A stretch of DNA of 15,324 bases. Source: Candidatus Thorarchaeota archaeon. Lineage in GTDB: Archaea > Asgardarchaeota > Thorarchaeia > Thorarchaeales > Thorarchaeaceae. Shown here one piece after another: positions 1 through 7,186 of this stretch. The translations under genes were made by a program, and so were the position numbers. How positions within the stretch are numbered: position 1 is the stretch's first letter; each line of letters opens with the position of its first letter. The stretch covers positions 134,525 to 149,848 of the forward strand of contig JBHLRS010000004.1 in the NCBI GenBank assembly GCA_048882325.1. Reading direction: 5' to 3'. The notes under the pieces are model-generated. The model was not told the origin of the DNA. It saw nothing but the letters and a program-made list of their open reading frames with translations, and did not search any database.

Positions 1-419
1 AGATGTGCGATAATCTTCGTTTTACCATCAGGACCTATTGCAGTTGACCCGCGACCCTCAACGGTTCGTATTTCTCCATCCTTGCGAACTATGTCCATTG
101 GATAGACACTTGTTAGCCTTTCACCCAATCTTCTTGCTTCATATCGTTCTGTGAGTATCTTTGACATTTCCTTCGTGAAATAATCTCTGAAATCTTGACC
201 AACGAGATCACTGACACCAAAAATCTGACAGTACTTTTCATTTGCATATTCAATCTTATAGTCGTCCCCAATGATACCGATTCCTTCATGTGAGTTGTTG
301 AAAACTTCATTGAGAAGTGCGTCATTATATCCAGGGAGGTTGAACTGAGTCTTTGTACGAGTAGGGGATGATTTCTTCTTCTTTTCCCTCTTGCCTTTTT
401 CTTTTGGCAACTTACTCAT
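1..419 (-). CDS. PAS domain (S-box) protein, N-terminal part; runs off the left edge, so the output domain is not visible
   Basis: Not in the ORF track because the stop lies outside the window. Manual translation from ATG at 419-417 is open to base 1: MSKLPKEKGKREKKKKSS...LLNEVFNNSHEGIGIIGDDYKIEYANEKYCQIFGVSDLVGQDFRDYF...YPMDIVRKDGEIRTVEGRG. This matches the PAS pattern (GI.IID....I.YAN...C.IFG....L.G; ..RKDG...V). The exact start is uncertain. Confidence 0.85.
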   Translation of the reverse strand, partial: MSKLPKEKGKREKKKKSSPTRTKTQFNLPGYNDALLNEVFNNSHEGIGIIGDDYKIEYANEKYCQIFGVSDLVGQDFRDYFTKEMSKILTERYEARRLGERLTSVYPMDIVRKDGEIRTVEGRGSTAIGPDGKTKIIAH

Positions 420-534
420 ACTCCGGAATCTGTTTCTTCCTATATTAGTTGGCATAAATCATATTGTATTATTCAACAGTTCAATCAAGATGTTCATGAA
501 AGATTGCTAATTATGCCTTTTGAGGAGAGATGAA

Positions 535-1896
535 CTACCTGAATTTCTTCCAGAATCGAGCCCCATCTTTCTGTTTTCCGTATCCAACGAGGTCATCCAT
601 CTTGACAATCAATCTGTTTAGCAAAGGGACATGCTTCACAAACCACAAGATAGTTCTGTGAAGGAATCCATCTTTCTTATTATACGGACAAGAACGGATG
701 CAGTTTGAACATTCTGAACCATTCGCGACCCAGAATCCATAGCAGGATTCCCCATTCACAAACCACTTCTTTATTCCAGGATTGTTCGATATAGTTTCTC
801 CCTCCCAAGATTGTTCTTTGCCATAAGGAATCGACTGAGAGGGGCAGTTAATCGCACACTTCTCACAAGTTTCGCAAAATCGTATCACGGATTTACAGAA
901 TCCTTCATCTGGATAGTCACGAGTCAAAGGCATATCAGTTATGACTTTCGCAAGACGAACACGCGGTCCAAATTGCTTTGTAATCAGAATTCCATGTCGT
1001 CCATACTGACCAAGCCCAGCATCGATTGCCTGAGGAACACTGAGAGATACATTATTCCCACACGTGATTGCATTGAAACCAAGCCTTTGAATAAGAGCTG
1101 CAAGTTCCACTTCAACAAAGGCCATTGTTGAATAGCCAAGAGCTGTTGTAGCAGCACTCGTGAAAGTCGGTGAGGCAGCTATCGCGTCATAGTCCATCTC
1201 TATGGCCATAACAATGACATATTTCATGAATTCGGAAATATCGTAAGGTTCTCCTCGTCTATTCACCGTATAAAGCCAATCTCGATTTAGAGGAGCAATC
1301 CCAACTAGGTCTGCTCCGAAGAACCGGGCGGCTTTCTTCACCATCTGCGTCAGTTCAGTTGGTTCTGTAATTCTTCGTTCTCCTACCTCACTTCCTTCAG
1401 GATCTAACCCGATTCCTGGACGAACAATAGACTGGCGAGAATCATAGAGCTTCCAGGCAGCAACACTAAGCTCGTGTTCAAACCGACCATATCCCGGAAT
1501 TCCTTTCGAGATCATGTGTTCAGCACCAAAGAACTCTGTCTGATGATAGTACTGAAACTCTGAGTCGTACTGAACCCTAGCAAAAATCGTATCAGCCTCT
1601 GACATTCTCTCGAAGGATTCTGCAACGTCATAGGGACAGTATTCCGTCACATCACAGGATGTAGGTGTGGTAGATGCTGCTGTACCTGCTCTCTCTCTGT
1701 GGCTTGTTATTATCGCATTCAGGGGACACGCACGAACACATGCCAGACATACAGTACATGTATTGAAATCGATGATTGGAGTATTTTGACCTTTCTGAAA
1801 GCTTAGAGGTGAGTCCACTCCGTGTACACTTTGACAGGCTTCAAGACAATCTATCTTGCAAGAAGAAGGATTGCATATGTCCATGTTAACTTGCAT
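535..1896 (-). CDS. rdhA: Cobalamin-dependent reductive dehalogenase (RdhA family), no Tat signal, with an extra N-terminal 2x[4Fe-4S] domain
   Basis: RdhA-type motifs: VKKAARFFGADLVGI, VIVMAIEMDY, GYS (conserved Tyr), AIDAGLGQYGRHGILITKQFGPRVRLAKVITDMPL, FCETCEKCAINCPSQSI, CYGFW-x6-CSNCIRSCPYNK and a C-terminal MDDLVGYG. The N-terminus has 8 extra Cys (8,13,17,21,47,50,53,57). GGAG lies 8 nt upstream of the ATG. Confidence 0.88.
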   Translation of the reverse strand: MQVNMDICNPSSCKIDCLEACQSVHGVDSPLSFQKGQNTPIIDFNTCTVCLACVRACPLNAIITSHRERAGTAASTTPTSCDVTEYCPYDVAESFERMSEADTIFARVQYDSEFQYYHQTEFFGAEHMISKGIPGYGRFEHELSVAAWKLYDSRQSIVRPGIGLDPEGSEVGERRITEPTELTQMVKKAARFFGADLVGIAPLNRDWLYTVNRRGEPYDISEFMKYVIVMAIEMDYDAIAASPTFTSAATTALGYSTMAFVEVELAALIQRLGFNAITCGNNVSLSVPQAIDAGLGQYGRHGILITKQFGPRVRLAKVITDMPLTRDYPDEGFCKSVIRFCETCEKCAINCPSQSIPYGKEQSWEGETISNNPGIKKWFVNGESCYGFWVANGSECSNCIRSCPYNKKDGFLHRTILWFVKHVPLLNRLIVKMDDLVGYGKQKDGARFWKKFR

Positions 1897-1945
1897 TAGA
1901 TATTCTCCAAATTAATCGTGCAATCTCTACAGCGCAACTAATACA

Positions 1946-1961
1946 TTCTTCTATAGGAGAA
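1946..1961. promoter_or_regulatory. Near-perfect 16-bp palindrome in the divergent rdhA/RACo intergenic region
   Basis: TTCTTCTATAGGAGAA, with 7 of 8 positions pairing. Its centre (1953.5) coincides with the midpoint of the 1897-2010 intergenic region. Function is inferred only. Confidence 0.35.
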
Positions 1962-2010
1962 GAGTAAAGAACGATAGGCTGTAATCAAAAAGAGTCTAGG
2001 ACTGAGTAGG

Positions 2011-3603
2011 TTGAAGGACAATATTGTTTCATTCGAGCCATCAGGTCTTCGAATTTCAGTGGATGAACAAGACACGTTCCTTGATGCAGTACGTCAAATT
2101 GGACTTCATCTACCGTCTGAATGTGGGGGTTCAGGAACATGCGGGAAATGCTCTCTAACGCTACAACCAGCTCCAAAACCAACAGCTACTGAAACAAATC
2201 ATCTAACCTCAAACGAAATTAAACAGTCCATTCGATTAGCATGTCAACATAGAGTCAAGAACGATACTCGTGCTATACTATTCACGAGAAGAGGAGAAGT
2301 ACAGATTCTTACTGAGGGGATTGCTGAACATGCACCATGGCCTCTCGATCCAGGTTTTGACAACAAATACGGGATTGCTATAGACCTTGGTACAACAACA
2401 ATTGTTGCGTATCTCCTCGCACTGGACTCAGGAGTTCAGATGAGTCAGGCAGCTTCTCTGAACCCACAGGTCATCTATGGTGAGGATATCATATCAAGAA
2501 TAACTCATGCAGTTCGAGAAGAAGCTGGTCTTGAGGATTTAAGAAAGATAGTGGTTTCTGAGATTGATACTATCGTTGAGTCTCTTGTAGAAGAGCCTAA
2601 GATCACAAAAGAGAACATCTCAAGATTATCGATAGTTGGCAACACAGCTATGCATCATCTGTTCCTTGGTGCGGATGTCGCACCACTAGGTGTTGCTCCC
2701 TACAAACCAACGATAAGAGATGCTATTGATACGTTAGGACTTGATGTGGGCCTCAGGTCTTTTCCAGACATTGAGGTTTTTCTACCGCCTAATATAGCTG
2801 GATTTGTCGGTGGAGATACAGTCGGATTCATTCTTTCTCAGCGTTTGGATTTGTCAGACCATATTGTAATTGGTATAGATGTTGGAACAAATGGCGAAAT
2901 TGTCCTATCGAATCAAGGTGGGCTTTCCTGTTGCTCAACTGCAGCTGGACCAGCATTTGAAGGCGCAACGATTCGACATGGAATGCGGGGTCAACAGGGT
3001 GCAATAGAACACATTGTTATCAAAGACCCGGATATGCCACCCGAGATTGCGGTTATTGGAAGTACCAATCCACAAGGTATCTGTGGTTCAGCGATTGTAG
3101 ACGCTGTTTCTGAGCTTAGAAGATTCAATATCCTAGACAGCAGTGGAAGAATGCACGAGAATTCTTCAAGGGTCTATAATAATGGCGATTTTGGATTAAG
3201 TTACATTCTGGTAGATGAAACCCCAAAAAACCGAAGAATCTCTTTCAATCAAAAAGATGTTCGACAAGTTCAGTTAGCCAAAGCAGCCCTGAGTGCAGGA
3301 GTCAAAATACTACTTCAAGAGGCTGAAATTAGTGTGAACGAGATCGATTCTGTGATGTTAGCAGGAGCCTTTGGTAGCTATATACGCCCTGAGAGTGCTC
3401 TCGGTATCGGACTTCTTCCCCCGGTGAAAGAGGAAAGAATTGTTCAGATTGGTAATGCAGCAGGAGAAGGTGCAAAAGCTCTTCTTCTATCATCGCAGGC
3501 AAGAAACTTAGCCAAAGATCTTGTGGCTCAGATCAACTATGTCGAACTCGCTTCTCATGATGATTTTCAGTCAATTTTCATAGATTCCATCAAACTCCCG
3601 TGA
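2011..3603 (+). CDS. ATP-dependent reductive activator of corrinoid proteins (RACo/AcsV-type; [2Fe-2S] ferredoxin plus ASKHA ATPase, DUF4445 family)
   Basis: N-terminal [2Fe-2S] motif CGGSGTCGKC...RLACQ. ASKHA/RACo motifs: IAIDLGTTT, NPQVIYGEDIISRI, VGNTAMHHLF, AGFVGGD, DVGTNGEI, STAAGPAFEG, GICGS, QKDVRQVQLAKAA, LAGAFG, IGNAAGEGA. TTG start. Confidence 0.92.
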   Translation: MKDNIVSFEPSGLRISVDEQDTFLDAVRQIGLHLPSECGGSGTCGKCSLTLQPAPKPTATETNHLTSNEIKQSIRLACQHRVKNDTRAILFTRRGEVQILTEGIAEHAPWPLDPGFDNKYGIAIDLGTTTIVAYLLALDSGVQMSQAASLNPQVIYGEDIISRITHAVREEAGLEDLRKIVVSEIDTIVESLVEEPKITKENISRLSIVGNTAMHHLFLGADVAPLGVAPYKPTIRDAIDTLGLDVGLRSFPDIEVFLPPNIAGFVGGDTVGFILSQRLDLSDHIVIGIDVGTNGEIVLSNQGGLSCCSTAAGPAFEGATIRHGMRGQQGAIEHIVIKDPDMPPEIAVIGSTNPQGICGSAIVDAVSELRRFNILDSSGRMHENSSRVYNNGDFGLSYILVDETPKNRRISFNQKDVRQVQLAKAALSAGVKILLQEAEISVNEIDSVMLAGAFGSYIRPESALGIGLLPPVKEERIVQIGNAAGEGAKALLLSSQARNLAKDLVAQINYVELASHDDFQSIFIDSIKLP

Positions 3604-3634
3604 GATAGATTGGTAAACAGTAAGTGCCATATGG

Positions 3635-4531
3635 ATGATGAACAAGGGTCACATGATACACTTGCAGGAGATTTCGAAACCTCTAAAGATTGGACATGCA
3701 AGAACCTGTGACTGTCCACCAAAGCATATCAACTGCTTGACAGCAAAGGAGTGGATGCAATCTCAGGTCGCAGTATGGGAATTCTACTATGAGAAGAGAG
3801 ACATCAGGGATAAAAATGTCCATCCTGCAGTTTTCCCCATCGCACTTCCTTCAAAGTGCATTGAGTTATTCACACATAAGGGAGAGTTGGTTCTAGATCC
3901 CTTTGTTGGAAGCGGAACCACTCTAGTTGCAGCACAGGATCTCGGACGCAATGCGATAGGATTCGACTTGAAAGAGGAATATGTTGAATATTCGAATGAA
4001 AGAGTTTCGCGAAGTGTTGATGGCACTAACCAGTTTGCGATTCACGATGAAGCACTCAATATTCCAGACTACCTAGAAGATGAAACAATCAGTCTTTGTG
4101 TGACTTCTCCACCCTATGCTAACTTATTGAACCGAAAGCGCAAGAACAAGAGCAAACGCGGAGATTTACGTGAAGATGAACATTTCCTGAAGGTCCAGCA
4201 ATATTCCAAGGACCCGCGAGACCTCGGTATTATGGATGTAGATGAATACGCACAGAAGCTCGGGGAGATATTTGGGGGAATATTACCTCTTCTAAAGCCA
4301 AGAGGAAACTGCGTCATCAATATAACTGATTATTGGTGGAAAGGAAAACGCGTTCCAATTCACATCAATGTGGTTGATGCACTCCAAAATGTAGGCTATG
4401 AACTCCGGAATACAATAATCTGGGACCGACGGAATATCGTAAACAAAGTGGGCATCTTTGGATGGCCTTCAAATTACATCACCCTTACAACTACCTTCGA
4501 ATATCTTCTACACTTCTGGAAACCAGACTGA
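3635..4531 (+). CDS. Orphan amino-DNA methyltransferase (probably N4-cytosine), motif order X-I then IV
   Basis: HPAVFP (motif X region), VLDPFVGSGTT (SAM-binding motif I), AIGFDL, CVTSPPY (catalytic motif IV), LKPRGNCVINI, IIWDR, FEYLLHFWKP. No endonuclease gene is adjacent. The start could be a nearby downstream Met. Confidence 0.85.
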   Translation: MMNKGHMIHLQEISKPLKIGHARTCDCPPKHINCLTAKEWMQSQVAVWEFYYEKRDIRDKNVHPAVFPIALPSKCIELFTHKGELVLDPFVGSGTTLVAAQDLGRNAIGFDLKEEYVEYSNERVSRSVDGTNQFAIHDEALNIPDYLEDETISLCVTSPPYANLLNRKRKNKSKRGDLREDEHFLKVQQYSKDPRDLGIMDVDEYAQKLGEIFGGILPLLKPRGNCVINITDYWWKGKRVPIHINVVDALQNVGYELRNTIIWDRRNIVNKVGIFGWPSNYITLTTTFEYLLHFWKPD

Positions 4532-4534
4532 TTG

Positions 4535-5626
4535 TCAACGGTCCTTCAAGATTCCCAATTCAGAGAAAACAAGGTTCTTCAATTTCTCCACATTTGCTCG
4601 AACAGTGTCCCATGTTTCTTCATCATCCTCAAAGGGTGGCTTCTGAGTTGGGGGTTCATAGCTGTATCCAGAGAGGACTGACATCACGACACCAATCCCC
4701 CATTTGAAAGACTCACGAGTATAGCCACCACCTGCAAGCACACCCAAGCATCCTTCGCTGAATTTGTGAGCTGCTCTGTGGAAATACGTCGCTAAGTATC
4801 GTATCATATCGGTTGTCAAATTTAAATGTGCAAGACGGTCTCTATAGTGTGCGTCGAACCCAGGAAGAAAAATGATGAACTCTGGTTGATAGAAGTCTAC
4901 AAGAGGTGGTACGAGTTCGTCAAAGGCATATCGATAGACTCCATCGCATGAGTCCATAGGAAAGTGCATGTTGACATTATATCCACGACCAGGACCATCT
5001 CCAATATCTTGAATGAATCCATCGTGAGGAAAAATCCACTCTGGATCCTCATGGAAAGAGATCTGCATAACATCCGAGTCTTCGTAGAAGTAGCTTTGTG
5101 TGCCATTACCATGGTGGACATCAAAGTCAGCTATCAAAATTCGTTGAAAACCCTGACTTCGCAACTCATAGGCTGCTGCAGCTACGTCATTGAAGATACA
5201 GAAGCCTCCACCTTGACCATACTTTGCATGATGAAATCCCCCTGTAGGTGATAGAAAATGGTCAATCTTCCCGGAGGTAATCGCTTTAACACCAGTAACT
5301 GTTGCCCCAGAAGTTATGCTAGCATTCTCGTAGATTCCAAGAAAGCCAGGTGTATCTATTGATATCTCACCTACTCCAGTTTCTGAGATCCTCCTAACGA
5401 TATCCAAGTACTTTTGATCATGTATTGTCTGCAGTAGCTCCACAGGCAATGGCTCTGGTGTTAATATATCAACATTGGATTGGCTAAGGAAGTCGTTGGC
5501 TTCAAGAAAATCTCGGACCATTTGGAATCTTCCAACTCTTATTGGGTGTTTCGAACCGAAATCAAAGGTCTCTAGACTGGGATTCCAGAGAAATCCTACC
5601 CTGCAAGTATCAGAAGCACTCATCAT
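4535..5626 (-). CDS. Zn-dependent deacetylase of the histone deacetylase superfamily (AcuC/class-I-like)
   Basis: HPIRVGR, DTP, GGFHHA (catalytic His pair), GFCIFND, DFDVHHGNGT (Zn ligands), SFHE, GxGPGRGYNVN, GFDAH, GGGY (catalytic Tyr). The catalytic set is complete. Confidence 0.93.
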   Translation of the reverse strand: MMSASDTCRVGFLWNPSLETFDFGSKHPIRVGRFQMVRDFLEANDFLSQSNVDILTPEPLPVELLQTIHDQKYLDIVRRISETGVGEISIDTPGFLGIYENASITSGATVTGVKAITSGKIDHFLSPTGGFHHAKYGQGGGFCIFNDVAAAAYELRSQGFQRILIADFDVHHGNGTQSYFYEDSDVMQISFHEDPEWIFPHDGFIQDIGDGPGRGYNVNMHFPMDSCDGVYRYAFDELVPPLVDFYQPEFIIFLPGFDAHYRDRLAHLNLTTDMIRYLATYFHRAAHKFSEGCLGVLAGGGYTRESFKWGIGVVMSVLSGYSYEPPTQKPPFEDDEETWDTVRANVEKLKNLVFSELGILKDR

Positions 5627-5641
5627 CCAGCTCGAAATCTA

Positions 5642-5674
5642 TGCACACTTATATGGCTATGCAACAAGTGTGCA
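5642..5674. promoter_or_regulatory. Perfect 9-bp inverted repeat in the divergent deacetylase/propeller promoter region, overlapping a TATA-like element
   Basis: TGCACACTT (5642-5650) - 15 nt - AAGTGTGCA (5666-5674), inside the 66-bp intergenic region 5627-5692. TTATAT lies at 5649-5654. Confidence 0.5.
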
Positions 5675-5692
5675 CAAGGTGTAGGATACAAG

Positions 5693-7138
5693 TTGAAGAT
5701 TCGCTCGGTTGCGGAGGTGGCCACCTCTGCGAATGTATATTCAGTCTACGTTCGTCAGAGGCAGGATGCTAGTACTCAGATCTTCTCGCTTGATTACGGA
5801 GACCGTCTGAGAGTGTTTGATGCTATGGGCACACTTCGGAGCACAAGAAAGTGGAGCAGTAAGGTCCGTTGTATTGCAGTAGGAGACATTGAGGGAGAGG
5901 GCAAAGATGCCCTAGTAGGAGGAGTTGGAAAGAAGATTCTCGTTGTTGATCATAGAGGCAGTCCTGTCTGGAATATCCGTCTTGAGAGCAATGTGGTTGC
6001 TTGTGATGCCAGGGATGTTGATGGTGATGATGCTGCAGAGGTAGTAGTCGGGCTTCAAAATAACCGAGTGATTCTCTACAACGATGACAAAGATGCAATC
6101 TTCACGAAGACCATGAGAGACCCTGTTGCAGACGTGTGGCTCGAGGACATCACCAAGGATACTGAACTAGAGGTTGTTGTAGCTGACAAATCAGGAATGA
6201 TAACGGTTCTCACATCTGCAGGATACCAACTGAAAGAACTCCAGCTAGGTTCACATCTGACTGTCTTTGCTGTACTCTCATTCGGCGATAGAACGCTATT
6301 CATTACTGGAGATCAATCCCCAACCCTTCGAATCTGGGACATTGATGGAAATGAGATTGCAAGACTTGATGTTGGAAACACACCAAGGGCAATGGCAACT
6401 GGTATACCTGATGACATCTCCGATGTTGCGTTTCTTGTCGTAAGTACAAAGGATCGTAAGCTTAGCTTTTGGGAGGTACAGCAGTCAGGTAAAGTAACCA
6501 GAACTGAGAAAGTGATTCTTCAACAGATTGGGTCAACCAAGACTGTCCTTTATAGACGAGCCATCAAATGTGGTAACTGTGGTGCTCCAACCTCACCCGA
6601 AGCCTCCACATGTTCTTCATGCGGTGCACAGTTAGAGATGATTGAGGAATACGTGATTGAGGAGTACATTCAGGAGAGTATTGACTCAATCACATCGAAA
6701 CATAGCAGAATCAAGCTGAAGGAACTAGATAAAATTCTACGACGAACTCTACCGAGACCTGCAGCATACAACCTGAAACGTAGTCTTCAAGCAATGATCC
6801 AGAGTGATGAGATTGAGGGTCATATCGACGGTAATGTATTCGTCAGAACGGAAACGACCAAGAAGAAAAGTACCCCGGCACTATCAAGACAGGACATACA
6901 GAAAGTGAAAGGGACTCTTCGTGAACTCCTGAGTGGCACGGACACACTTGATGTTCGTCGTCTTGAGAAGGAAACAGGAGTTGACCGCAGAATTCTGCGG
7001 CGTACGCTAATCATACTACTCGGCGAAGGAACTGTACATGGTTCTTTATCCGGGGATGAGTTCATACTTGAGGGAAAACAGGACATTAATGATTTCGAGA
7101 GAAATTTGGTGGATGAACTTACAGCTTGGAGTGGTTAG
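5693..7138 (+). CDS. Cytoplasmic beta-propeller (WD40/FG-GAP-like) + C4 zinc ribbon + two PCI/winged-helix-like modules
   Basis: About 40-aa blade repeats with acidic loops (VRCIAVGDIEGEGKDALVGG, VVACDARDVDGDDAAEVVVG, VWLEDITKDTELEVVVAD) and WD-like ends (LRIWD, LSFWE). CGNCG-x9-CSSCG lies at 6569-6625. PCI-like ends: LQAMIQSDEIEGHIDGNVFV and LIILLGEGTVHGSLSGDEFIL. No signal peptide or TM segment. TTG start. Confidence 0.7.
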   Translation: MKIRSVAEVATSANVYSVYVRQRQDASTQIFSLDYGDRLRVFDAMGTLRSTRKWSSKVRCIAVGDIEGEGKDALVGGVGKKILVVDHRGSPVWNIRLESNVVACDARDVDGDDAAEVVVGLQNNRVILYNDDKDAIFTKTMRDPVADVWLEDITKDTELEVVVADKSGMITVLTSAGYQLKELQLGSHLTVFAVLSFGDRTLFITGDQSPTLRIWDIDGNEIARLDVGNTPRAMATGIPDDISDVAFLVVSTKDRKLSFWEVQQSGKVTRTEKVILQQIGSTKTVLYRRAIKCGNCGAPTSPEASTCSSCGAQLEMIEEYVIEEYIQESIDSITSKHSRIKLKELDKILRRTLPRPAAYNLKRSLQAMIQSDEIEGHIDGNVFVRTETTKKKSTPALSRQDIQKVKGTLRELLSGTDTLDVRRLEKETGVDRRILRRTLIILLGEGTVHGSLSGDEFILEGKQDINDFERNLVDELTAWSG

Positions 7139-7186
7139 AAAGAGTTGGCGATTTCACAAATCATTCAGAGAAGAGGTAAAAGATAG

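Noticed and set aside
113-325. 70-aa minus-strand ORF in the track
   Set aside because: It is an alternative frame inside the PAS-domain gene (419 to <1), whose frame gives a clear PAS pattern.
535-1896. Epoxyqueuosine reductase QueG as an alternative call
   Set aside because: It belongs to the same superfamily, but the C..FW...C..C...CPYNK motif, the DD..GYG tail and the ITxxFGPRVRL region fit RdhA better. The real substrate remains unknown.
3601-3637. Selenocysteine or readthrough fusion of RACo (TGA) with the methyltransferase, and TAG readthrough at 10058-10060
   Set aside because: The downstream genes are in different frames, both proteins end at natural domain boundaries, and the TAG is followed by TAA after two codons.
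3635-5626. DNA methyltransferase plus histone-deacetylase-family gene as an epigenetic module
   Set aside because: The genes are convergent in separate transcription units, and AcuC-like enzymes usually have non-histone substrates. Adjacency alone is not evidence.
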